From an uncultured Methanomicrobiales archaeon (lineage in GTDB: Archaea > Halobacteriota > Methanomicrobia > Methanomicrobiales > Methanospirillaceae), in contig CAVWXH010000002.1 in assembly GCA_963758915.1 (NCBI GenBank), positions 64,001 through 128,000 of the forward strand: a stretch of 64,000 nucleotides of DNA, written 5' to 3'. How positions within the stretch are numbered: position 1 is the stretch's first letter; each line of letters starts with the position of its first letter. A model generated the notes under the pieces. The model made no database searches. It saw only the letters and a program-made list of their open reading frames with translations, and had not been told where the DNA came from. Shown in pieces: positions 11,719-22,691 of this stretch. The translations under genes were made by a program, and so were the position numbers.

Positions 11719-11988
11719 TCAGGCACAGGAACCCCTCTTCGTTGCAGACCGGTTAACGCGGTGCTCTTTCTGCTTTGCACCATCAGGTTCATCCTTGCGG
11801 TACCTGACCTGTCGTGCATCTTCAAAATTCCATTCTTCCGCGATAAGGCGGTTCTCCCGTAATTTCTGGATGGCATACCTGACCGTGCGGGGAGAGAGCC
11901 CGGTCAGCGTGATAATCTCCTTGTTCGTGAAGGCCTTGCCTGCACTGAGCAGCGAGAGCACTATCCATGAGGAAGGTGGCAGTTTCAT
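11719..11988 (-). CDS. Small winged-helix DNA-binding protein
   Basis: T.KEI...TGLSPRTVRYAIQKL...LI....F.DARQ..Y, an archaeal wHTH pattern. Confidence 0.75.
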   Translation of the reverse strand: MKLPPSSWIVLSLLSAGKAFTNKEIITLTGLSPRTVRYAIQKLRENRLIAEEWNFEDARQVRYRKDEPDGAKQKEHRVNRSATKRGSCA

Positions 11989-12250
11989 TCTTTCTTCTCC
12001 TCGGAATAAGCCGTGTTACGGGACTTGCGGTATCCCATAACCGCGGCGGTATTGTATGAGTACTAAGAAGATCCCGGGTATAAAAAAATAAGAAGATATA
12101 GGGAGTTCATTGGTTGAACCATGCGGTTATAGCCAGTTATATGCTCAACCAGAAAGGATTTTAACCCCTTTATCGTCCCGTATTTCATGGGACGGACCGG
12201 GCGCATAGCCGGTATAAGCGTTCATGGAGGGGGATCTCCTCCCGCTCCAC

Positions 12251-13474
12251 TCACACAGGAATGGTCTGTTCATATTCCGGCTTTTCATGCACGGTAATTT
12301 CACCATTCAGGGCGGTGACTACCTTTATCCGTTCAATCGCCTGCGCAATCAGCAGGTCAAAATCAATCCGCTCTTCTGCAGCGATCACCTCTGCAAGGTT
12401 CGCCGCGGTGGAGGGCATCGCAGGGACTGCCCTGCAGCAGAGGTCCCCGGGCTTCTGGTTAAATGTCCCAATCCGGCGGGCAATTGTGACAATCTCTCCT
12501 TTATCAAAGGTCACGAGCGGCCTGATAACGGGGACGCTCACTGCCGACGAGATGACCGCGAGGTTGGAAAGGGTCTGCGAAGCGACCTGGCCCAGGTTTT
12601 CTCCGGTAACAATCACCTCTGCGTTCTCCCGGTGCATGAGTTTTGCAGCAACCCGGAACATGAACCTCTTACAGATGACACAGATATACCGCTGCGGCAC
12701 CCCTTTGGACATCGCGTCGTAGAGCGGGGATGAGTCCACGACCAGCATCCGGAGCGGGTAGCCCTTCACCCATAGCGAAAGGCGCCGGTGATTTTCAACG
12801 GCCCCTTCAGCAGTCGCACAGCCTGCCCATCTTCCCGCGTCCATATTGAGGTGCACCATGCCACACCCACGTTTCATCATCATCCAGGACGCAACGGGAG
12901 AATCAATCCCGGCCGAAATCAGGCCCAGTGCAGTTCCCTGCGTACCAAACGGGAGGCCTCCGGGTGCGGGGATCCGGTGGTCGTAGACGAACCCCCCGTT
13001 TACACGTGCTTCGATAAAGACCTCGTATTCGGGGTGCGAAAGGTCAACCCGTGCCCCGGGCTGATCGTCGAGCAGCACCCCCCCGATGACCCTCCCGAGC
13101 TCCTGGCTGTCAGGGCCCCCTGACCCTTTCTCCCGTTTCGCCCTGACTGCAAACCTCATTCCCGCCTTTAAGTGTTTCTGCCCGAGAGTCCTTGCCACCC
13201 TGCCAAGTTCTTCCGGGGTGTTATTGGTGATAGTGGCGACGCTGACATCAACCACCCCGAATACCCTTGTCACCTCGGCGGCAATCTTACGCGGGTGATC
13301 TCCGTAGATGAGTATTCTCCCCCGGGGGGTCTCGTGCCGGAAGGACAGCCCGGCAGCGTCAAGTGTCCGTTTAATGTTCCTGATAAGCAGACCGATGAAA
13401 TGTCGTTTGACCGGCTCACTTTTCAGGAAGAGTTCGCCGTACCGGACCATTACCACCGTCTGTTCTTCCACCAT
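12251..13474 (-). CDS. thiI: tRNA 4-thiouridine synthase ThiI (methanogen CxxC type)
   Basis: VRYGELFLKS, THUMP region, GGLP.GTQG, PP-loop SAGIDS, CVICKR, TGENLGQVASQT; start taken at ATG 13474. Confidence 0.92.
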   Translation of the reverse strand: MVEEQTVVMVRYGELFLKSEPVKRHFIGLLIRNIKRTLDAAGLSFRHETPRGRILIYGDHPRKIAAEVTRVFGVVDVSVATITNNTPEELGRVARTLGQKHLKAGMRFAVRAKREKGSGGPDSQELGRVIGGVLLDDQPGARVDLSHPEYEVFIEARVNGGFVYDHRIPAPGGLPFGTQGTALGLISAGIDSPVASWMMMKRGCGMVHLNMDAGRWAGCATAEGAVENHRRLSLWVKGYPLRMLVVDSSPLYDAMSKGVPQRYICVICKRFMFRVAAKLMHRENAEVIVTGENLGQVASQTLSNLAVISSAVSVPVIRPLVTFDKGEIVTIARRIGTFNQKPGDLCCRAVPAMPSTAANLAEVIAAEERIDFDLLIAQAIERIKVVTALNGEITVHEKPEYEQTIPV

Positions 13475-13580
13475 TTCCACAGTTCCCGGCCAGGGATCCA
13501 CTAATCCTTGGTCTTTGGGGATTGTATGTAACTTATCTGCCTTGTAAGTTTGTCCCGGAAAAATAACGGTATTTTTTCCT

Positions 13581-13750
13581 GGCTTCGTTAAAACCCTTCG
13601 TGGCATAAAAAACACGTATGAGGACTGCGGTCAGAGGTCTTACGTATGAACAATTATGAATGGAACTACTCAGGCTGGAGGGGTTTTCATCCCAACACTG
13701 TCCGCCCCTGTAAAGATACCCGTTTGGTACAGGATTTCCTGAAGACCTAA
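13581..13750 (+). mobile_element. Degenerate copy of the MITE family
   Basis: GGCTTCGTTAAAACCC end at 13581 and internal CAGGCTGGAGGGGTTTTCATCCC...GTAAAGATA resemble the consensus; right end unclear. Confidence 0.5.
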
Positions 13751-14007
13751 ATTTTAGCCTCTTCGCTGTTTTGAGTGGGTAAATAAACTGAATATGATAT
13801 CCATAAATGAAATCAAAAGGCAATTAAACATTAGAATAGGGAAATAGCCTTTAAAATTGGAAATACTATGGGCAATCGCGTCAACACATACTGAACCGCC
13901 GCCGGGGCGTCCTTTGGGGGCGGCTGTTACTCTGATCCCACCTGCTACCGGCGAATATCTTTTTAAAAACAGAATACCCAGTAAAAAATTACCATGAACG
14001 GAGTATC

Positions 14008-14967
14008 ATGATCACCCAGGTCCATTTCATCCTGACGTACATGTGTACACTCTCGTGCGAACACTGCTTTGTATGCAGTAGTCCGGACGCAGAGGGCACT
14101 TTTTCCCCAGGTCAGATTAACCAGGTGCTGGACCAGGCAAAGGATACCGGTACCGTCGATACGGTTTACTTCGAGGGTGGGGAACCATTCCTGTTCTACC
14201 CGCTCCTCATCGAAAGCATCCGGCAGGCACGCCAGCGGAAGTTCTCTGTCGGGGTCGTGACCAACGGGTTCTTTGCAACTTCTGAAGAGAATGCCCGGCT
14301 CTTCCTGGAGCCTCTTGCCGTTCTCGGGATCACGGACCTGAGCATCAGCGATGACATATTTCATTACGGGGACCGATGTGACAACCCGGCCCGGCGTGCA
14401 TTCAGGATTGCACAGGAAATGGGGTTACCGGCATCAGTCCTGTCACTTGATCCCGGTGCATCGGGGCCGGACACTCCCGGGTCTTCGCGGGAAGAAAAGA
14501 CCGGGATTGTCGAAGGGGGCGGGGTCATGTTCCGGGGCCGTGCTGCTGAAAAACTGAGCACGTATGCTGTTTGCAGGGACTGGCAGCAGTTCACCCGCTG
14601 CCCCTACGAAGATCTCTCAAACCCGGACCGGCTCCACGTGGATGCGATGGGGACGCTCCAGATATGCCAGGGGATCTCAATTGGAAACATCTGGGAACAG
14701 CCAATCAAAGAGCTGGTACGCCGGTATGACCCGGCCTCACATCCCGTCTGCGGACCACTGGTCATGGGTGGCCCGGCAGAACTGTCCCGCGCCCTTGGCT
14801 GTGTTCCCCCCGCAAAGGTCGCGGATGCCTGCCATCTCTGTTATCTTGTACGAAAGGAGAAACGGCAGAGCAACCAGACGTTCCTCACTCCCCCGCAGGT
14901 TTATTGTGAAGATTGCGGGGTACCGGTACCCGGTTTCACCGTTCCTGCCCAGGTCCGTAAACTGTAA
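14008..14967 (+). CDS. Radical SAM protein
   Basis: CTLSCEHC (CxxxCxxC), GGEP, VTNG; extra C-terminal cysteines (CPY, ICQ, CHLC). Confidence 0.88.
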   Translation: MITQVHFILTYMCTLSCEHCFVCSSPDAEGTFSPGQINQVLDQAKDTGTVDTVYFEGGEPFLFYPLLIESIRQARQRKFSVGVVTNGFFATSEENARLFLEPLAVLGITDLSISDDIFHYGDRCDNPARRAFRIAQEMGLPASVLSLDPGASGPDTPGSSREEKTGIVEGGGVMFRGRAAEKLSTYAVCRDWQQFTRCPYEDLSNPDRLHVDAMGTLQICQGISIGNIWEQPIKELVRRYDPASHPVCGPLVMGGPAELSRALGCVPPAKVADACHLCYLVRKEKRQSNQTFLTPPQVYCEDCGVPVPGFTVPAQVRKL

Positions 14968-15308
14968 AACACGTGGGCTACCCTTTACAGAGTTACATCT
15001 CTGGGGAATTATTTTCCAGGTTTTTGGCACCCAAAACGAGGTGATACAGGGAGAGGCTGCAGGACAGGCCTGAGCAGACAAGTACGAAATGCCGCGGTCT
15101 GAATTCAGGGTGTAAACTTCACGTTCAGGCGTGGTTATGCAGATCCTTTTTACGATACTTACCACGGGTTTGCCTTTGCCCCTCCTATTCATATCCCTGG
15201 CCCGTGGATTTTGAGGTCACCGGGATCCCGGAAATCCCGCCCAGTCTGGCGGGTTTTATCAGCACTATACAGAAAATTCTTTAATTGGCGAGAATTAAGT
15301 TGTACAGA

Positions 15309-15941
15309 ATGGCAAAAAAAGCAAAATCGGCGGCTGCACCGGAGCCGATGAAACTGTTCTATATATTTTATAACCAGGAACGCTGGGATAACTGGCTGAA
15401 CCGCCTGAGAGAATCTGATTTTGAGGTGGCTGAAGATGCCGAGGAGATGCCGGAGGGGTTCCGGGCGCTCTATAATTTCGGCCAGGATATCACCGTATCA
15501 GTTCTTAAAATCATTAAGCTCTACCAAAATGGCCGGTTCCCAAAGGAAGAGACCCTTGAGAGACTCGCCCAGGTGGAATCGGTCATAATGTCAGCGGCGC
15601 CTGAGGACGAGATTGAAGAGATCGTCGAGTCACTCCAGCTCTCCATGCTTGCCCTTTTCGCCTCATGCCGGATGTTTATCGAGGGTGGCTACCCGACAGA
15701 TATCAAGGTCCTCGTCAAGGAAGGACGAAAGATGATCGACGAGGACATGGAGAAAGCCCTCGGGATTGCAGCAAATATTGGTGCCAACGTTATTAACGGG
15801 GCTGCCTGCTGCGGGAAGTATGTCAAGGATGACATCGAGCAGCCGACACTGTTCGACGAATGGTTAATAGAGATCGAGACGATGAACGAGGCGATGACCA
15901 CCCTGAAGAACTTTGACGAGGATACCGGGGAAGAGAGTTGA
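15309..15941 (+). CDS. DUF2150-like conserved archaeal protein
   Basis: FYNQERWDNW motif; acidic helical protein. Confidence 0.65.
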   Translation: MAKKAKSAAAPEPMKLFYIFYNQERWDNWLNRLRESDFEVAEDAEEMPEGFRALYNFGQDITVSVLKIIKLYQNGRFPKEETLERLAQVESVIMSAAPEDEIEEIVESLQLSMLALFASCRMFIEGGYPTDIKVLVKEGRKMIDEDMEKALGIAANIGANVINGAACCGKYVKDDIEQPTLFDEWLIEIETMNEAMTTLKNFDEDTGEES

Positions 15942-16390
15942 TTGCGGAAAAGGCACGGTTCAGAAGTGCAAAAAAGATCGAACGCCTTGTGGGATACCGG
16001 CTGCCGATGTCTGCGTTTCATGGCACGACCCTTGAAGCGATCTCGGGCCGTTTAAATTTTGATTACCTTGACCCGGCTGTCAGGGACCAGCTCCTCTCAT
16101 TTTTCGACGATTTTCTCAAGTGTGACTGCAAAGAGTCCCCGCTCTGTGACTGCCCTGCAAAAAAATTTGCGACCCTTGTTATCGAGCTCCGCGAGAGGGG
16201 CCTCGAGCACCGGCAGATAAGCAGTTATTTACTCGATGAATACGGAATCGAGATGTACCCGACAGACCTCCTCTCGTTCCTTGAGGATTCGGTCCATGTG
16301 CTGGAAGCTATCCGCGATATTGCGGGCCTCGACAAGCGGGTGGAACTTGAGAAGAAGGCAGACGAGCACATCGCCCTGATTTCCCGTTAA
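15938..16390 (+). CDS. DUF5814-like Zn-binding protein
   Basis: DFLKCDCKESPLCDCP...LRERGL...YGI..YP.D; 4-bp overlap with the previous gene. Confidence 0.6.
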   Translation: MIAEKARFRSAKKIERLVGYRLPMSAFHGTTLEAISGRLNFDYLDPAVRDQLLSFFDDFLKCDCKESPLCDCPAKKFATLVIELRERGLEHRQISSYLLDEYGIEMYPTDLLSFLEDSVHVLEAIRDIAGLDKRVELEKKADEHIALISR

Positions 16391-16580
16391 CCCGTTTAAC
16401 CGGTTACCCTCTCCTGTAATTCGTAGTGTTCGCAAACGGTCCGGCGGGGTGTTTTGCGACGGTAATTACCCGGCAGGGTGTCAGGGTCCCGGCAATCTGC
16501 CTGTTTTGTCTGCCACCGGCGCCGGAAACGATCAGCTCATCACCCTTGCAGCAGATATGGACTGAGGAGTACCGGGTACC

Positions 16581-16922
16581 ATGGCACGTGAACTTGATGA
16601 GAGGGATATTAAGATCCTGCGTATCCTTGCGCCGGAATGCGAAGAGATGATATGTTCAGGTTCGGGGGTTGAATTCCGCTCTATCCTGCCGCCTGTGGCG
16701 AATCACTATTCCAGGGATGAAGAGGATTTCAAACACCGCCTGATGAGGCTCACCGATGGTGACTTGTCATACCTGGTTGAAAAAATGAGGACTGGTGAGG
16801 AAAGTGTTGCGTGCGTACCACCGGAATATGCTGACATCCTGATTGGAGAGATCATGTCCCGTGCAGGGAAAGACGTCGCCGATGAAGTCCTCAACATCTA
16901 TGAGACTGCTGATGAATGTTAG
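16581..16922 (+). CDS. Conserved methanogen hypothetical protein
   Basis: 113-aa ORF (LAPE..C.GSG.EFRSILPPVANH..GEESV.C) overlapping the next gene. Confidence 0.7.
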   Translation: MARELDERDIKILRILAPECEEMICSGSGVEFRSILPPVANHYSRDEEDFKHRLMRLTDGDLSYLVEKMRTGEESVACVPPEYADILIGEIMSRAGKDVADEVLNIYETADEC

Positions 16923-19498
16923 CATTGAACGGAGATAAGGACGAAAACCCGTCCCCCGTAACGAGCCGGATCAGGGAGGTCCTCGCACGGAATATTACTG
17001 CCCGGAACCACGGGCTTTCGCCCCACGGGTTCGCCGAAGCAGTCACAACCCTTCTTTCCTCCCTCATTGCTGCGAACCTTCTTGAAGAGGCGGGCGTTTT
17101 TCGTTATGGCTCGGTTGAAGAGGAGACCCGGTTACGAGGTCTTGCCGGAGGACTGTCGTCCCTTTTTGAGGATAATACCCCGGGAAAAGACGGGGGCGTC
17201 CCACCCGGGCTGAATGGGACTGATGCCCGGGCCTGGCCGTACGTTTCAGCCTGCAGGACTCTCTCTGTTGACCCGTTAGTTACCAGCCGGGTGGTCTCGT
17301 TAACGAAACAAAAAAAATTCTACGATGAATGGGCTGATGCATGGTCTGATTCACATGAACGCTCCCTGATCGCATTCCTTCAGTATTCAGCATACCTGTC
17401 CCACGACGGCCGGATGGCCATCAGGGAACAATACCCGTGTCATGCCGGGCCCGGGGCCCTCCTGCTCCCTGCCGGGTTACTACAAGAGACCGCCAGGGAC
17501 CTGCTCCTTCCACGGCTGGCAGGAAAAACTCCTAAAAACGCCGGAATAAGGCTTCTTGATCCGGCCTGCAGGACCGGCCGTATCCTTCTGGCAATGTACC
17601 AGGTCCTAGCCGGCTGGCACCTTTCATGGTATACAAAACACCTCGTCCCGCTTCTCGCAGAAGGCCGTGACCCGGCTTCCAGGAAGGTGCAGGGGCTGCT
17701 GCCGGTCGTTGCCACCACCGGTAACCGTGCCGGATACCAGCGGTTCGGCACGCTTCCCCTTCCGGTCTACCAGCTGCCTGACAGCCGGTGGGACCTTACA
17801 TTCGATGAAAAAGTCCGTATCCTCGGGGACTCGGTGTATGGTATTGACAACGATCCGGCAGCAGTTGAAGTCACCCGGCTGTCCCTCCTCTCATATCTTC
17901 TGCAATCAACGGGACGCAACGGTTCAGAATGTGCCCCTGAACGTCTTTTAAGGGTTATACTATCACGAAATATCCGGTCCGGGAATATCCTGATCGGTAA
18001 GGACTACGAGGAACAACTATCATTGTCATCCTGTTCCGGGGTGAACCCCCCTGCCCCGGGTATTTTCATCGGCGATGTATTTCCGGAGGTGGCATCAGAT
18101 GGCGGGTTCGGGGTGGTTTTTTCCATGTTCCCTTCCCTTCTTCCGTTTTCCGGGATAGACCTGAAGGACTACCTCCACCGTCATTACCGTCCAGGTAAAC
18201 CGGATGACGCCACCCCGTATTACCTTGAGTCCGGGCTTTTATTAACACGGCCCGGCGGGGTGCTCTGCGGGATTGTTACCGGTAGCTGGCAACGTTCCCG
18301 GGAGGCTGCCCATTTTCGCGGGTGGCTTGCCAGTTACCAGCTGGAACATGTCATCGGCCTTGGGGACCTACCCGTCTTTGCTGGCATGCGCGACCCCGTG
18401 CTTATTACCATCACCAACCGTCCCCCTGATCACCCTGTGCGTGTGACAGATGCGGTACAACCTGGTAAAGATAGCCTCGGGAGCATTTCTTTTCGTACAA
18501 TCCGGACCATTGATCCAAGATCCCTTGGCAGCAGTCCGTGGATGTTCAACGGTGTGCCTCCCGCTGAAATAAGAAAGAAGATAGATTCCGCCGGCACACC
18601 CCTTGCACGCTATATCCTCGGGGAATACATGCTCGGGGAAACAGGCAATACCGCGGGTTTTGTCATCAGCAGGCACGAATATGAAAGTATCCTTCGAAAA
18701 GACCCTGTTGCAGGGACTTTCATCCGTCCGTTTATTCCACCCGGGGTGATCCGGCGGTACAGCCCGCCGGGGTATTCGTGGTATATTGTCCGGATTCCAC
18801 CCGGGACGACCCGTTCATTGGCCGGGGATGTCCCTGACCTCGGGGAATGGTTTTATAACCATCACCATACCCTGGCGGTAATTCTTTGGAAGAACCACTT
18901 AAAGCTGCCAGAAACCAGCCCTGAAGATTGTTGCTGGTGGGAATGGCAAGGGCCAGCCACGCCGCCGTTCATGGAAGCGCCCGTCCTTCTTACCCGGGCA
19001 GCCGGGGTATCAGGCGGCCCCGAATGGATGACCGTCTCCTGCGGGGTTTATCCCGGTGCCGGGGTGCTTGCGATCCCGTGTAATGACCCTGCATTACCGG
19101 GAATTCTGAATTCCCGCCTTGCAACCTTCTATGTCCTTTCATCGGCCCGGAAAAAAGGGATGCCGGGATACCTCCTCCGGCACCTCATGAGATTCCCCCT
19201 GCCCGTCCCTGAAACCGAGGAGTTTTCCGGGAACAAACTTTTCGATACTATAGCCCGCCTCGTGGAGAGGCGACACGCGCTCGGTAAAGCAGGTGATAAT
19301 GCAGTTTCAACCCGGGAAGTCACAGCGATCCGGGAACGGGTACAGGGATGTGATAAAGAGATTGATACCCTTGTGTATGAACTGTACGGCCTGTCTGCTG
19401 GTGAGATCGGGAGTATCGAGGACTGGTTGTCGCGTGAAAATGAACCCGTCGCTACACAAAGCCCACCTGAAACACCAGATTATTCAAACCCGGGTTGA
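16916..19498 (+). CDS. Type IIG/Eco57I-TaqI-like amino-methyltransferase/TRD homolog with degenerate catalytic motifs
   Basis: LLDPACRTG (vs DPACGSG), VYGIDND..AVEVTRLSL, NIRSGNILIG, GGFGVVFSMFPS (vs GGFD.VIGNPPY), C-terminal EIDTLVYELYGLS..EI. Confidence 0.75.
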   Translation: MLALNGDKDENPSPVTSRIREVLARNITARNHGLSPHGFAEAVTTLLSSLIAANLLEEAGVFRYGSVEEETRLRGLAGGLSSLFEDNTPGKDGGVPPGLNGTDARAWPYVSACRTLSVDPLVTSRVVSLTKQKKFYDEWADAWSDSHERSLIAFLQYSAYLSHDGRMAIREQYPCHAGPGALLLPAGLLQETARDLLLPRLAGKTPKNAGIRLLDPACRTGRILLAMYQVLAGWHLSWYTKHLVPLLAEGRDPASRKVQGLLPVVATTGNRAGYQRFGTLPLPVYQLPDSRWDLTFDEKVRILGDSVYGIDNDPAAVEVTRLSLLSYLLQSTGRNGSECAPERLLRVILSRNIRSGNILIGKDYEEQLSLSSCSGVNPPAPGIFIGDVFPEVASDGGFGVVFSMFPSLLPFSGIDLKDYLHRHYRPGKPDDATPYYLESGLLLTRPGGVLCGIVTGSWQRSREAAHFRGWLASYQLEHVIGLGDLPVFAGMRDPVLITITNRPPDHPVRVTDAVQPGKDSLGSISFRTIRTIDPRSLGSSPWMFNGVPPAEIRKKIDSAGTPLARYILGEYMLGETGNTAGFVISRHEYESILRKDPVAGTFIRPFIPPGVIRRYSPPGYSWYIVRIPPGTTRSLAGDVPDLGEWFYNHHHTLAVILWKNHLKLPETSPEDCCWWEWQGPATPPFMEAPVLLTRAAGVSGGPEWMTVSCGVYPGAGVLAIPCNDPALPGILNSRLATFYVLSSARKKGMPGYLLRHLMRFPLPVPETEEFSGNKLFDTIARLVERRHALGKAGDNAVSTREVTAIRERVQGCDKEIDTLVYELYGLSAGEIGSIEDWLSRENEPVATQSPPETPDYSNPG

Positions 19499-19674
19499 AG
19501 ATTCCTGTGATTTTTATTCTGGTATGCCCGGGTCAGACACGGTGGCTGACTGTCAATTCAACAGGTTTTTTTGCAGTGGATTCATTCACCTATACAAGTA
19601 CAGTACCTGACGAGTCCATACATTACAGGCCCCAGGTACCTGTAAGAATACATAATAAACCGGGATATTCCTCT

Positions 19675-20868
19675 ATGATCTCTGTCCTTCTCGTCGAAGA
19701 TGACCATAACCTGCTTGGGATAACGAGGGATTACCTTTCAAAGAAGGGTACGATCTCGGTCCATACCGCGACATCCGCGGGGGCGGCCATCGAACTGTTA
19801 AGGACGAGAAATTACGATGCAATTGTCTCTGATTACCAGATGCCTGATATGGACGGGATAGAATTCCTCAAGTACCTCCGCGCATCAGGAAATGATATCC
19901 CGTTTATCATATTTACCGGTCGTTCACGTGAGCAGGTAGTAATCGAGGCGTTGAACAACGGGGCTGATTTTTACCTCCAGAAAGGCGATGAGCCGAAGAC
20001 ACAATTTGTCGAACTTGAGAATATGATCATCCAGGCGACGGCCCGGAAGAGGGCCGAAAACTCTCTGCGGGAGTCGATCAGGAGACTATCCGATATCATC
20101 AGTTTCCTTCCCGACGCGACGCTGGCAGTTGACCGGGGTGGTAACCTGGTCGCCTGGAACAGGGCGATGGAGGAGCTGACCGGTGTCCCTGCACACCAGA
20201 TGCTCGGGCGGAATGAACCTGACTATACCCTTGCTTTTTATGGGAAGCGGCGTCCACTCCTGATTGACCTTATTTTTGCCAGCGATGAAGAGGTCATGAA
20301 CTGCGGCTATACCGGGGTGAAAAGAAAAGGAAATGCGTTGATTGCTGAATGCACGGCAACCCTGCCGTCCGGCAAGAAAACCCTGTGGGGGATTGCCACC
20401 CCGCTGTATGATGAACAGGGGACCATCGCCGGAGCAATTGAATCAATACGGGATATCAGCGGTGTAAGGGATGCAGAATATGCCCGCCAGCAGAGCGAAA
20501 TTAAATTCAGGGGGATCTTCGAGCATTCCCCGGTAGCAATAGCACTCTTCGATGAAAGGGGATGGCTGATGGAAGTAAACCAACCCTGCAAAGCGATCGG
20601 CTTCCCGGGTACCGGGAGGGACCGGTATAACCTGTTCAGCAGCAATATTCTCCCTGCCGGGAGACGGGAGGCGTTATCGAGGGGTGAAGCGGTAAGATTT
20701 GAGATCGCAGACCGGCGGGATATTTGTTTCCCGCTACAACCCTCCTGCCATCTTGATGTGCTTATCACTCCCCTCTTTTCCCCCTGCAACGAGTTTTCAT
20801 CGGGGTATATTATGCAGCTTCGGGATATCCCTGACTATTCACAAAAAGACCTCCTGATTGCCACCTAA
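19675..20868 (+). CDS. Response regulator REC-PAS-PAS with no output domain
   Basis: MISVLLVEDD, VSDYQMP, FTGRSREQV..ADFYLQKG; PAS FLPDATLAVD and HSPVAIALFD. Confidence 0.85.
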   Translation: MISVLLVEDDHNLLGITRDYLSKKGTISVHTATSAGAAIELLRTRNYDAIVSDYQMPDMDGIEFLKYLRASGNDIPFIIFTGRSREQVVIEALNNGADFYLQKGDEPKTQFVELENMIIQATARKRAENSLRESIRRLSDIISFLPDATLAVDRGGNLVAWNRAMEELTGVPAHQMLGRNEPDYTLAFYGKRRPLLIDLIFASDEEVMNCGYTGVKRKGNALIAECTATLPSGKKTLWGIATPLYDEQGTIAGAIESIRDISGVRDAEYARQQSEIKFRGIFEHSPVAIALFDERGWLMEVNQPCKAIGFPGTGRDRYNLFSSNILPAGRREALSRGEAVRFEIADRRDICFPLQPSCHLDVLITPLFSPCNEFSSGYIMQLRDIPDYSQKDLLIAT

Positions 20869-21033
20869 CGTGACGGCCAGCGAAAAATGATACCTGCAGG
20901 TCGCAGCACAAGGTCCGGTTTCCTGCTAATGGTCCTGTGTAATCCAGCTGTGCGTGATCAGAATCGAAACGTAACATATATCAGCTCAACACCACAGGTT
21001 ACACATAGTCAGGGATTGGCACAAGGGGGGTCA

Positions 21034-21336
21034 ATGACTATACTTAATCTTTCATCGGCACTACGTGAGAAACAGCTGAAGCTTGCTACCGGTTATTGCT
21101 GCGAATCGTGCGGCAGTGTTGTTCCGCATTCCATGCTTGAACTCCATCCTATCCCGTCGGACACTGAAACAAAATCCTTTACGGGTGCATCGGATATACT
21201 GGTGCTTTGCACGCTCTGCCACACCCGCCTCCATGATGCGGTCATTCCCCATGAACTTCAGCGCTCTGCGATAAGGATTCGCCCGCCGGACGTGATGGAT
21301 AACATTAACGTCATCCTTTCCAGGCCCTTCACATAA
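21034..21336 (+). CDS. Small HNH-like zinc-finger protein (degenerate)
   Basis: CESCG...LELHPI...DILVLCTLCHTRLH. Confidence 0.6.
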   Translation: MTILNLSSALREKQLKLATGYCCESCGSVVPHSMLELHPIPSDTETKSFTGASDILVLCTLCHTRLHDAVIPHELQRSAIRIRPPDVMDNINVILSRPFT

Positions 21337-21540
21337 TATACACCGGTAGCCCCTGCCGGGTCAGGATAGCCGCATACTTTTGTAGTACCAGACCCGCTGA
21401 CCCCCGGTTTAATGGGTTATGAAGGGGAACTAATTTTGGATTACTCACCTCCCGGGGACATACAGGCCCCCCCTCAAAACTGGCGAAAATGGCCCGGTGT
21501 CTCGTGTGAGCCCCATGAAATAATCCCCGGCTGAACTATC

Positions 21541-22643
21541 ATGGAACTTTCGAAACCCATAACCGGACCCGCACAGCGGATCATCCTCCATGTAGATATG
21601 GACGCTTTTTTTGCCGCTGTCGAGATGCGGGAACACCCGGAAATCAGGGGATGTCCAGTCATAGTCGGTGCGGACCCGAAAGATGGGAAAGGCCGTGGTG
21701 TAGTCAGCACAGCGTCCTACGAGGCACGGATATTCGGTGTGCATTCTGCGATGCCAATCTCGAAGGCCTTTGAGCGTCTGTCCCGGGGGCGTATTTGTGC
21801 GCCCCCATTTTGACCTGTATGTCCAGGCATCCAGGGATGTGATGGAGATCGCAAAGAGCGCCGCCGAACGGTTTGAGCAGGTTAGTATCGACGAGGCATA
21901 CCTCGATATCTCCATGACCCGGGACTATACGTCCGCCCGTGCAACAGCAGTTGCCCTGAAAGAGGCTATCAGGAATAAAACAGGGCTTACCTGCTCGATC
22001 GGGGTTGCCCCCTCAAAGGTCGTGGCCAAAATTGCATCAGATTACCGGAAACCTGACGGGCTCACCGTGGTGGAGCCAGGATGTGTGAGCGGTTTCCTCT
22101 CGCCGCTTCCTGTCGGCAAGATCCCCGGGGTCGGCAGGAAGAGCCGCGGGACGCTGCACCAGCTGGGGGTCCGCACGATTGGTGATCTCTCCCGTATCGA
22201 TGTCCAGGAATTAATCGCACTCTTCGGGAAGTGGGGAGCGGTGATCCATGACCTTTCATTGGGAACTGATGACCGTGAGGTAAGGCAGGAAGAGGGATAC
22301 AAATCGATATCACGCGAGATTACCTTTGAGAATGACACCGATGAGAAAACAGGTACTGGTACAGACGCTCGACGACATGGCACTGGAGCTCCATGCGGTC
22401 CTGGTCAACGAGCACCTCCGGTTCCGGACAGTTACGGTGAAGGTACGAGACGAGCATTTTCTGACCCGTACCCGGTCAAGAACATTTGAGCGGTACAGTG
22501 ATGATCCCGGCCTGATAAGAACAACTTCACACGGACTTCTTCCCGGGTTTCCGGAAGGCCGGAAAATCCGGCTGATTGGACTCAGGTTGTCAGGATTTGA
22601 GCCGAGAGGGGGTCGCCAGTCGACAATTTCGGAATTTACCTGA
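21541..22643 (+). CDS. dinB: DNA polymerase IV (Y family), two +1 frameshifts
   Basis: [36 protein letters not shown]-terminal IRLIGLRLS; joins at ~21776 and ~22346-22352. Confidence 0.92.
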
Positions 22644-22691
22644 TATTATTGCCTTTTGATCTCTGGTGAAACCCTGTTACTTACATAAAAG

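Noticed and set aside
13500-14000. tRNA or ncRNA in the long intergenic region
   Set aside because: No cloverleaf or T-loop motif; partly explained by a degenerate MITE and AT-rich promoters.
16916-19498. Active restriction-modification defence system
   Set aside because: NPPY and SAM motifs are degenerate and no nuclease motif or partner gene is evident.
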